A DNA stretch of 64,000 nt from a virus. The stretch is taken from positions 32,001 to 96,000 of IMG/VR virus record IMGVR_UViG_3300044647_001247. One strand, 5' to 3'. The notes under the pieces were generated by a model that saw only the letters and a program-made list of their open reading frames with translations, had not been told where the DNA came from and searched no databases. Positions within the stretch are counted from its first letter, which is position 1. Every line of letters begins with the position of its first letter. The translations under genes and the position numbers were made by a program. Below, in pieces: positions 26,201 to 34,009 of this stretch.

Positions 26201-27866
26201 ATTTAATTCTGGTGTTAGAGAGTTTTTTGTTGAAAGTGAGGTTAATTTAGCATATAGAGATTGGGAAGAAGATCCATCTAAGCGTCATTATGATTCTGAT
26301 AGATACACTGATCTTGATAGTATGTTTAGAAGTGACATTATAAAAAGTGGAAACTTTTATAAATATGATTATAACTTAAGTGTATCTAAATTATTTAATT
26401 CTCATATTACTTGGGGAAATATATTAGGTCTTGATTATGATCCTACCACTGCAGAAAAATGTTACGTATATAGACCTAGTAGAGTTAGATATTCTCTTCC
26501 TCAATTTCAAGAATCAAAAAAAGATAACTGGAGAATATATTTAACTAACAATTATAAAGATTTTGACTCTCCTGTAACATCTATAAAATCTGTAAATAAA
26601 ACAGGTGCTTTGTTTATGATGTCAAGACAGAGTCCTATGCAGTTTATGGGTGTAGAAGAACTGAAGCTAGATGGAACGGGTGCTAAAATTACAATAGGTG
26701 ATGGGGGGCTTTTTAATCAACCTTTACAACAAATTGTAAATACCGAAAGTTCTTTTGAGTATGGTTCTTGCCAAAGTAAGTATTGTTCTATTAATACAAT
26801 ACACGGTGTTTTTTGGGTGAGTCAAAATCAGGGAAAGATATTTCAGTATGCTGGACAAATAAAAGAGATATCTAAAAATGGTCTTAAGTGGTGGTTTGCT
26901 AGATATTTACCTAGTGAACTATTAGCAGCGTATCCCACCTATCCTTATTTTGATAACCCGGTAATTGGTGTAGGGGTACAAATAATGTATGACAATACTA
27001 ATGAGATTGTATATATTACTAAGAAAGACTATAAACCACTAAAAACCAATTTGTTATTTGACTCAAAAGGTTTTTATGAAATAAGTTCATCTAATGGTAA
27101 GGTGTACATTCCTTTAACTAACACTAGTTATTTTGAAGATGCTAGCTGGACTATATCATATGATCCAAACGGGAATGATGGTAAAGGTGCTTGGGTTAGT
27201 TTTCATGACTGGATACCTAGCTTTTTAATTCCTGGGAAAGCTCATTTTATGAGTGTCAATCAAAATTCTATATGGAAGCATAATGTAAGATGTGATAAGT
27301 TCTGTAATTTTTATGGTGTAGATTATCCTTTTGAAATTGAGTTTATATCATCTACGGGTCAGCAAGTTGTTTCTATGAGAAACGTAGAGTATATATTAGA
27401 AGCTTATAAAATTCACAATGAATGCAGAGATGAGTTCCATGTATTAGATGCAAACTTTGATCAGGCTATTATATATAATTCAGAACAAGTATCTGGACTT
27501 TTAGAACTAGAACTTAAGAATAAAACCAACCCGGTGGCAATGCTTAGTTATCCTCAGATAAGAGCACAATCTATAGGAATAAACTATTCTAAAGAAGAGC
27601 AAAAGATTAGATTTAATCAATTTTGGGATATAACAAAAGAAAGAGGAGAGTTTGCCCCAAATACAAACATTCCAATGTTTATTACAGAGGCTAATGGATA
27701 TAAGTTTAAAATCAATCCAGCTTATGTAAACTATCAAAAGTCACCATTAGAGCGTAAGAAGTTTCGTCACAATTTAAATAAAGTGTTCTTAAGAAAGTTT
27801 AAAAGTGATGATGTAAAGATGTTATTTAAAATATCTAATCAGAAAATACAACTTAGTCAAAGGTAA
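23268..27866 (+). CDS. Tail muzzle / stabilization protein (P22 gp10-like) of crAss-like phages
   Basis: 1532 aa with NTFSNGMVKD, YLRDEQYSFFIRW, GDTYINKF and SWTISY...WVSFHDW motifs; synteny after ring genes. Confidence 0.8.
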   Translation: MAEQQQNPGVITNTFSNGMVKDYNETFVGEGLYTHARNVVSNSHDGQLGVKGNEPANLSCITLPYSLIGCIHLSDDQWSVYTTDDTNSEIGIFDESQCTYTKVVNDPCLGFKRSNLITGASRKRYDCDRPVYWVDALNPDRFMDLSNPPFKYIETIVDGCKVKTITQPLQLDCEKIRLASLIQHPCLILNKGKVAGTLPNGSYQVAIAYTEDGVRLTGYIGISEVQSLFTHENVSSSLELSITTIDTTFDEFELVVIGRINGTTVVKKIGNYSTSQGKIYIDRWDQEFETVPISQVVFRGDSSEKSDAIYEVNNYLLKIGDYSKFKFNYQKQANNINVSWTAVQYPSNYYFKGGNNTGYLRDEQYSFFIRWVYNTGERSESYHIPGRDALASDRTLVMGDDAFETSGIDSITRERWQVYNTATLDNLNSYTLSDGGLVIASGKMGFWESTEKYPDNTPDIWGTLCGKNIRHHKMPDETTAPSLNLFSNNGKFINILGVNFSNITHPLDNQGNPIQSIVGYELLRGSREGNKSIIGKGLLNNMREYSIPNQTTKGLFQNYPYNDLRPDPYLTDSPNLDGQSALKGQANVSTSKMSGYKKNIFSFHSPDVTFSNPFLNANELTIYQEVYGESNGRFVNSWKHPKFKVLSNFSSVFGDVASIISTVQTALGALGGGLDLKIEADKDAPVSTGLTLNPNYAGDTVTVFGSGASPLTIAQFIAAGVANGLLIGALIGTGILPAMYKQQYLRLFIYLIPKKQYSAQYNSHGVYDGGAIPKKIGNKRRKIKEALYIGSGNSQFNSDYFVNNTARSNVVVLETEKDLDDPTTTDNSRVTLGEANSNLYQNIKTTISSHYGALKISIPSQYGQLGGIKQFPINGGCIFNTTPDKTKKFNTSSPLFNGDTYINKFTEKNTMFFFTDWMIGEPDRTEWDYTLYMYIPYPRFWINNVEENVAFLEAADNYRSLDKRTSGFLHVSSGYFYLFNSGVREFFVESEVNLAYRDWEEDPSKRHYDSDRYTDLDSMFRSDIIKSGNFYKYDYNLSVSKLFNSHITWGNILGLDYDPTTAEKCYVYRPSRVRYSLPQFQESKKDNWRIYLTNNYKDFDSPVTSIKSVNKTGALFMMSRQSPMQFMGVEELKLDGTGAKITIGDGGLFNQPLQQIVNTESSFEYGSCQSKYCSINTIHGVFWVSQNQGKIFQYAGQIKEISKNGLKWWFARYLPSELLAAYPTYPYFDNPVIGVGVQIMYDNTNEIVYITKKDYKPLKTNLLFDSKGFYEISSSNGKVYIPLTNTSYFEDASWTISYDPNGNDGKGAWVSFHDWIPSFLIPGKAHFMSVNQNSIWKHNVRCDKFCNFYGVDYPFEIEFISSTGQQVVSMRNVEYILEAYKIHNECRDEFHVLDANFDQAIIYNSEQVSGLLELELKNKTNPVAMLSYPQIRAQSIGINYSKEEQKIRFNQFWDITKERGEFAPNTNIPMFITEANGYKFKINPAYVNYQKSPLERKKFRHNLNKVFLRKFKSDDVKMLFKISNQKIQLSQR

Positions 27867-30811
27867 TGAAACGGACAGATTCTATATTACAGCAGTTTTA
27901 TATGTCTAGGCTTCCTAAAGCTCAGATGGGACTAGCCATATCTGATGGTACAAGGGTGGCACCAAGACCAAAAGCTTTAACTGAAGCTGAATATCAAGAA
28001 AATGAACGTGCTAGAAAAATAACAAAAGAAGGCACTGAAAGACGAAATAAGCAAATTTTAGAAGAAAGACAAAAAGCAAGAAATACAAAAGGTACATTTA
28101 AGGAAAAGAACTTTAACATAGGTGAGAAGTTTAGAATGTTTCCTGGTAGTGTAGGTGGTGCAGGAGAACTCTTTGATGACTATATCAATCCTTTAAAGTT
28201 TGTTGGAGACATGGCTTCAAATCTAGGTAATTCTAGAACACCCCAAGAAGCAGCTCTAAATGTAGCAATGACAGCAGGACTTGGTGCTCTTGGATTTGAC
28301 CCATTAGGTAGTGGATTAAAATCTTCAGCTTTTAAAGAAGCACGTGCATCTTTTCCAAAATTTATAGATGAAGTTTCATATTCTATAAATAAACCTAAGT
28401 CTGTAGAACAAATAACTAATAAGAATTTATATAAAGAATTAGGATCTCCTTTGAATATTTCAGAAGGATTAAATAATCAAGGTGTATTTAGTTTAAAAAG
28501 ATTTCCTGACCATGTTGTAAAATTTGAGCCTGTTGAAACAGTAGGTAGAGGTATTGGTTATCCTGAATATACAAATTTTGATTTTGTAAGTGCTATGAAA
28601 AATATAAAAGATAAACCTAACATAGCAAAGGTTAAAAATCAACTTAATGTAGAAAATAACAAGAGAGCTCTTATAATGAATAGGATTGATGATGGATACC
28701 GTCCTTTAGATCTTAATCCTATCAATTATAGAAAAATGCCAGATGACTCAGTTCGTAAAATGTACTATGACTTAAAAGATGTTATTAACAATGATTTAGG
28801 TTTTGATTTTATGGGTAACAACTACCTATACAATCCTAAAACAAAAGATTTTTCATTATTTGATTTTTCTCCACAATTTAAAGCAGGTAATGATGGTAAT
28901 TCACAATTCTGGATTAATGATGTTTTAGGTAATACTAATAGTAATTTACTTGGTAAAGCTCAAGCTAATAAAAACTTAAAAACAGCAATTATATCTAAGC
29001 TTGTTAATGATCATAGAGTGGCTGGACAAAATTTATTTAAAGAGATTGGTACAGGATATACATTACGAAGTCATGCTGATATTTCAAAACTTCTTGATAA
29101 AGGTGATAAGTTTGCTTTTCAAAAATTTAATAATGCACTTAAAGATGTTGATATATATCAGCAAGGTGGTGTAATAAAAGATGACAGAGGACAATGGGCA
29201 CATCCAGGTAAAGTAACTCGTATATCTAGTCCTAATATAACTATGAAGGGTGTACCCTATCCTGTACTAGGTGTAGGTTCTAATGGTGAAGAACAAATGA
29301 TGTATCCAGGACAAGAATATAATTTTGGTGGTGCATCTTATGTAGATGAATATCCTATGATGAAAAATGGTGGAGAAATGATTAAACGTAAAGATGGTAG
29401 TTATTCTAAAAGAGGACTCTGGGATAACATTAGAGCTAATAAAGGCTCAGGTAAAAAACCTAGTAAAGAAATGCTAGAACAAGAACGTAAAATAAAATCT
29501 AAAGAAATGAAATACGGAGGAACAAATAACTCAGGCTTTGAAGCTTTACCAGAATATGTACAAGCTAAAATATTAGCTAACATGGGATATGGTGGATATT
29601 ATAATCCAATGATGGAAGAAGGTGGTGAACCTAATGGTGGCATGGCACTAGGTCAGATAATGGCTGTTTCAGATAAGATGAATAAGCTTCGTCAGTTTAT
29701 ATCTCCTGATAAAAACTTAGATCCATGGATTGCTTCTAAGCTTGCAGTTATGGATGATAGTGCAGATGCTATTGCTAATTATATGATGTACAATCCTGAA
29801 GCTCAGGGTGATGAAGAAGAAATCTCACAAATGAGTAGAGGAGGATATGTTGTAAGTAGAAGTAGTGCACGTAAGGGTAAGACACATAAAGTGACAGGTC
29901 CTGATGGAACTGTTAAATACTTTGGTGATTCTAAGTTAGGACAGCATCCTGATGATCCTGAAAGAAAAAAAGCATTCTATGCTCGTCATAAAAAGAATTT
30001 AGATTCTAATCCATATTTTAGAGCCTTTGCTAAAGAAACATGGCAGCAGGGTGGACAACCTGGTTTATCATTTTGGAATGCTAGTAAAACTCCACAAGGT
30101 GCTGTTACACCTACAGGAATGTCAAATTATTTTAATGATAATAAACAAGGTTTTGATCAAGCAAATTTTACTAAAAAGATGCAGGAGTTAAATCTTGATA
30201 CATCAAGTAATGTATCATTACAACAAGATATGATGAAAAAATATCCTGATCTTGTAAATCAAGTGATGTCTGAATATGGTGATACAAATGCAGGTAGATT
30301 TGATGATGGTATTATAGGAGCTAGAGTTATTAATGCTGCTAGTAAAATTCCTACTCAAACTAAACAAGTTCCTCCTCAAATACAACAATCAATGGCACCT
30401 CCTCCTGCTACATATAAAAATCCAAATGCAGGATATGTAGTTAATGTAAGAGGAGATGATAATGACGGAGCTTATTATTTTCCTAGCTCTGAAAACTTTG
30501 ACAAACTTAGTTCAGCAATACCTGGTGGTAAAGAATACAGAGATGGTTATAAAGGAGCAACAGTTAATATGACTAATGCAAACTTTATGAAACAATACGG
30601 AAACAACTACAAAGAAGCACTAGGTCAAGCATACAAACGTAATCCACAAAATCCTGAGCAGTATATTCCAATGCAAAGAAATGGAGGATCTACTTGGTCT
30701 GGTAATAACTGGTATCAAAATGGAGGTTTAGTAAATGGTGCAGAAATGGAAGTGACACCTGAACAAGCTGAGATGTTACGTCAACAAGGTTATGAATTTG
30801 AAATAATTTAA
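27866..30811 (+). CDS. Internal virion (cargo) polyprotein with kinase-like domain and small modules
   Basis: TAATG-coupled to muzzle gene; no Cys seen; nine xxGG motifs; kinase-like motifs VVK, DFMGNN, LFDFS. Confidence 0.7.
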   Translation: MKRTDSILQQFYMSRLPKAQMGLAISDGTRVAPRPKALTEAEYQENERARKITKEGTERRNKQILEERQKARNTKGTFKEKNFNIGEKFRMFPGSVGGAGELFDDYINPLKFVGDMASNLGNSRTPQEAALNVAMTAGLGALGFDPLGSGLKSSAFKEARASFPKFIDEVSYSINKPKSVEQITNKNLYKELGSPLNISEGLNNQGVFSLKRFPDHVVKFEPVETVGRGIGYPEYTNFDFVSAMKNIKDKPNIAKVKNQLNVENNKRALIMNRIDDGYRPLDLNPINYRKMPDDSVRKMYYDLKDVINNDLGFDFMGNNYLYNPKTKDFSLFDFSPQFKAGNDGNSQFWINDVLGNTNSNLLGKAQANKNLKTAIISKLVNDHRVAGQNLFKEIGTGYTLRSHADISKLLDKGDKFAFQKFNNALKDVDIYQQGGVIKDDRGQWAHPGKVTRISSPNITMKGVPYPVLGVGSNGEEQMMYPGQEYNFGGASYVDEYPMMKNGGEMIKRKDGSYSKRGLWDNIRANKGSGKKPSKEMLEQERKIKSKEMKYGGTNNSGFEALPEYVQAKILANMGYGGYYNPMMEEGGEPNGGMALGQIMAVSDKMNKLRQFISPDKNLDPWIASKLAVMDDSADAIANYMMYNPEAQGDEEEISQMSRGGYVVSRSSARKGKTHKVTGPDGTVKYFGDSKLGQHPDDPERKKAFYARHKKNLDSNPYFRAFAKETWQQGGQPGLSFWNASKTPQGAVTPTGMSNYFNDNKQGFDQANFTKKMQELNLDTSSNVSLQQDMMKKYPDLVNQVMSEYGDTNAGRFDDGIIGARVINAASKIPTQTKQVPPQIQQSMAPPPATYKNPNAGYVVNVRGDDNDGAYYFPSSENFDKLSSAIPGGKEYRDGYKGATVNMTNANFMKQYGNNYKEALGQAYKRNPQNPEQYIPMQRNGGSTWSGNNWYQNGGLVNGAEMEVTPEQAEMLRQQGYEFEII

Positions 30812-30815
30812 TATT

Positions 30816-33800
30816 ATGAAAATACGCATTACAAAAAAAGGATTGCCTAAAGCACAATGGCAAAATAGTCAAATACCAGGAGGTCAAGCTATTAATCCAA
30901 GAAAAGTAGCAGGAAAGGAAAACTTGACCTCTTGGAATGTTTTTGATAATGCACCACAGCAAGGTGTTCCTACACAATTTATTGATCCTCAATCAGTTGT
31001 AAACACAGAACGTAATGTTTGGAATTATAGTCCCTATCGTAATAGTCAAGGTGAAAGTATAACAGGTGATGAGTATTATAATCAATTTTGGACTCCTCCT
31101 AACACTCCTGCAAAAACTGCTCCTAATATAAATAAAAAATCTACTTATAAAAAAACAAATAACTTTAATGATTATTTTGCTGCAGGAGCAATGACATTAA
31201 ATGCTTTAGATAATAGACAAACTGATAAGGAGTTGGAAGCTTCTTGGCGGAATGGTCTTATTAGTCCTGGTATTATTGATTATTCTCAAAACAGAGGAGA
31301 TTATGAAATGAACACTGGTATGGTAGACCCTTATAATACAGGAGCAAAAAACAAAGGACAATTTACTAATTCTTTTTATACTTCACAGTTTCAAGAAGGT
31401 GGTATATTTACACTAAATGAGGTGCAACAAGCTATATTACCTAATATGTTATCGGTAGCTTATGAAAGAAACACACCTGCATCAACATATGTTAATCCAC
31501 CTAATAATTCATTAAAAATAGATTACACAGATGCTGCTGATTTTATTAAATCACAGGAAGGATTTATACCAAAAGCAAAATGGGACTATGCTCAATATAG
31601 TGTAGGATATGGCACAAAAGCTAAAAATAAGAATGAAGTTATTTCTAAAGAAGAAGCTGAAAATAGATTAAAATTAGAACTTGCTCCTGTAATGGAAAAA
31701 ATACAGAGCAAGCTTAAAGTTCCTATTAATTCAGGTCAACTTATAGCTCTTGCTTCTATAAATTATAATACAGGTTCTTTAGCAAATAAATTAATTGATA
31801 GAATTAATAAGGGTGAAAGTCCTGACATTATAGCAAATACTATTAAAAGCATGGCATTAACTGGTGTGGGTAGTAATAAAATATTACCGGGATTAGTTAA
31901 ACGTAGGAATGAAGAAGCTGGCTTATTTTTACGTGGTTATGAAAATGGTGGTGAAAATACAGAAATTATGAAAATACGTATTACAAATTCTCCTGAGAAA
32001 ATGGAGTATGGTGGTCAATCTAATTATGCATTAGATCTTGGAAGAAAGAATATGTACACTGATATGCCTACTTCTCCATATGAAAGTGTAAGTAAAACAA
32101 TTCAGGAAGTTCCTGAAGAGTTTGCTACAATAGAAGCAGAAAAAGGAGAAACTATTCTTACTGATGTAGATGGTGATGGTATCAGAGAACATATGAATAT
32201 TGAAGGTAAATATCATGAATATGGTGGTACTAATCTTGCAGCTAATCCTGGTGATTTTGTTTTTTCTAATCATAAACCAAAGATGGCAATCAAAGATCCA
32301 ACTGTTTTAAAACTATTTGATAAGAAGTTTAAGAAAGGTGGTTACACTCCTGCTGAAATAGCAAAGCAGTATGACTTAAATAAATACAAAGCAGTGTTAG
32401 AAAATAAAGATGCTGATAAGTATGATAAAAATACAGCAGAATTAATGTCTAATAATATTAATAAAAAGTTAGGTATGTTGTCTTTTGTACAAGAAGCTAT
32501 AAAAGGTTTTCCACAAGGAATACCTGAAGTGGCTAAGTCAACAATGGGTCAAAATAATCAAGTTGCATATGGTGGGTATATTCCTGAAATGGCTTATGGT
32601 GGTTATCTGGAACAATATCAAGATAAGGGGCAAGTTACTCCTTCTTGGCTTAAACCATGGTTAAAATCTAATACACAAAAAGGTAGAACAAGTCCCACTG
32701 GAAAAATGACAACTTATAATCCAGATGTAGATAATATATACAAAGAGCTTGACTATTGGCAGAAAAGAGCAGGAAGAAATTTTAAGAGTGCTGATGATAT
32801 GCAATCTTTTATATATTCTTCAATAGAAAAGGAAGATCCTTCTATAATAGAAGATATGTGGAAGAAGTGGGGGAACACAGCAAAAAGTAAAAACACTGAT
32901 CTAGCTAATTTTGCTGATAATACAATAGGAGCAAGAACTGCTGATTTACTAAATACTTATAGAACAAAAAGAGGGCAACCTGTTTCTATACCTAGAAATG
33001 TTAAATCTAATTTTAATCTTCCTCCTTTAAATACAAATTCTATAGATTTGCCATTAACTGTTCCTAATCCATTTACACCACCTTCAGATAAAGTTCCTGA
33101 TTTTAATGAATCAAAAGGTAATACTCCTTATGGTTGGACAAATCCTGATAAAAGAAATTTAGCTAATGCTCTTATAAATAGAAGCTATATTAAAAAATAT
33201 CCTAGTGTAAGGTCAGATGTTAATCCTGCTATGTCTGATTTTAGAAATATGGATTGGAGAGGAAAGGCAGCGGAGCTTCAAGGAACTTATAATAGCCAAC
33301 TTAATACATTAGGTAATTTTCAGTCACCCACCTCTTTAGCTGCAAATATGTCCTTTATGGCAGGACAGCAGGGTGAAAATTTAGTTAATCGTGCTATAGA
33401 ACCTACAGAACAACAAAATGTAAATATTTATAATCAAGTGGCTGGACAGAATGCAAACATTATGAATAACGCATTAGCTAATGCTGCACAAAATAAGTTC
33501 TTACGTTCTGGAGAGAGAGCAGTAGTAAATCAGAGGTATAATCAAGAAATGATTGATTTTAACAATGCATATACACAAGCACGAAATCAAGGAGAGAATA
33601 ATGCTGCTGGTATATATAATACTAATGTAACAGAAAGTCCTTATTATTATATAGATCCTGCTACACAAAGAATGAAGTTTAATTCTGATAATGCACGTGC
33701 TGCTTTTGAAGCAGCTAGAAGAAGTGCTGGCCCGTCTGATAATGATGTAGTAGCTAAGTATCTTCAAATACGTAGTTCTTTAACAGGTGTTCCTGATGAT

Positions 33801-33953
33801 GAAAAGGATGATGTAACAAGAGCTATAATGGGTCTTGATAAATCAGCTAGAGGTAGAATGTCTCAGACAACATTTCCTTTTGATCAAATACGAAATAGAA
33901 CTACAGTACAACAACCTGTTACAGGTAATTATTCACAAAATCCTAACGGATAA
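30816..33953 (+). CDS. Internal virion (cargo) protein with GH24 lysozyme domain
   Basis: FIKSQEG...WDYAQYSVGYGT...QLIALASINYNTG...LPGLVKRRNEEAGLF at 31530-31932; IEAEKGE...HEYGG module. Confidence 0.8.
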   Translation: MKIRITKKGLPKAQWQNSQIPGGQAINPRKVAGKENLTSWNVFDNAPQQGVPTQFIDPQSVVNTERNVWNYSPYRNSQGESITGDEYYNQFWTPPNTPAKTAPNINKKSTYKKTNNFNDYFAAGAMTLNALDNRQTDKELEASWRNGLISPGIIDYSQNRGDYEMNTGMVDPYNTGAKNKGQFTNSFYTSQFQEGGIFTLNEVQQAILPNMLSVAYERNTPASTYVNPPNNSLKIDYTDAADFIKSQEGFIPKAKWDYAQYSVGYGTKAKNKNEVISKEEAENRLKLELAPVMEKIQSKLKVPINSGQLIALASINYNTGSLANKLIDRINKGESPDIIANTIKSMALTGVGSNKILPGLVKRRNEEAGLFLRGYENGGENTEIMKIRITNSPEKMEYGGQSNYALDLGRKNMYTDMPTSPYESVSKTIQEVPEEFATIEAEKGETILTDVDGDGIREHMNIEGKYHEYGGTNLAANPGDFVFSNHKPKMAIKDPTVLKLFDKKFKKGGYTPAEIAKQYDLNKYKAVLENKDADKYDKNTAELMSNNINKKLGMLSFVQEAIKGFPQGIPEVAKSTMGQNNQVAYGGYIPEMAYGGYLEQYQDKGQVTPSWLKPWLKSNTQKGRTSPTGKMTTYNPDVDNIYKELDYWQKRAGRNFKSADDMQSFIYSSIEKEDPSIIEDMWKKWGNTAKSKNTDLANFADNTIGARTADLLNTYRTKRGQPVSIPRNVKSNFNLPPLNTNSIDLPLTVPNPFTPPSDKVPDFNESKGNTPYGWTNPDKRNLANALINRSYIKKYPSVRSDVNPAMSDFRNMDWRGKAAELQGTYNSQLNTLGNFQSPTSLAANMSFMAGQQGENLVNRAIEPTEQQNVNIYNQVAGQNANIMNNALANAAQNKFLRSGERAVVNQRYNQEMIDFNNAYTQARNQGENNAAGIYNTNVTESPYYYIDPATQRMKFNSDNARAAFEAARRSAGPSDNDVVAKYLQIRSSLTGVPDDEKDDVTRAIMGLDKSARGRMSQTTFPFDQIRNRTTVQQPVTGNYSQNPNG

Positions 33954-34009
33954 TAAACTTAGCAAGTTTAATTTTAAACTTTAATAGTTTTTGCTTAAAT
34001 TAATAGTAG
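33954..34009 (+). promoter_or_regulatory. Inverted repeat plus late-promoter-like motif, copy 5
   Basis: TAAACTT-AGC-AAGTTTA-A-TTTTAAACT, then TTAAATTAATAGTAGA. Confidence 0.6.

Noticed and set aside
32214-32342. HEYGG and FKKGG as additional module-boundary motifs
   Set aside because: They appear to lie inside a single domain (IEAEKGE...HEYGG...VFSN), so they were not counted
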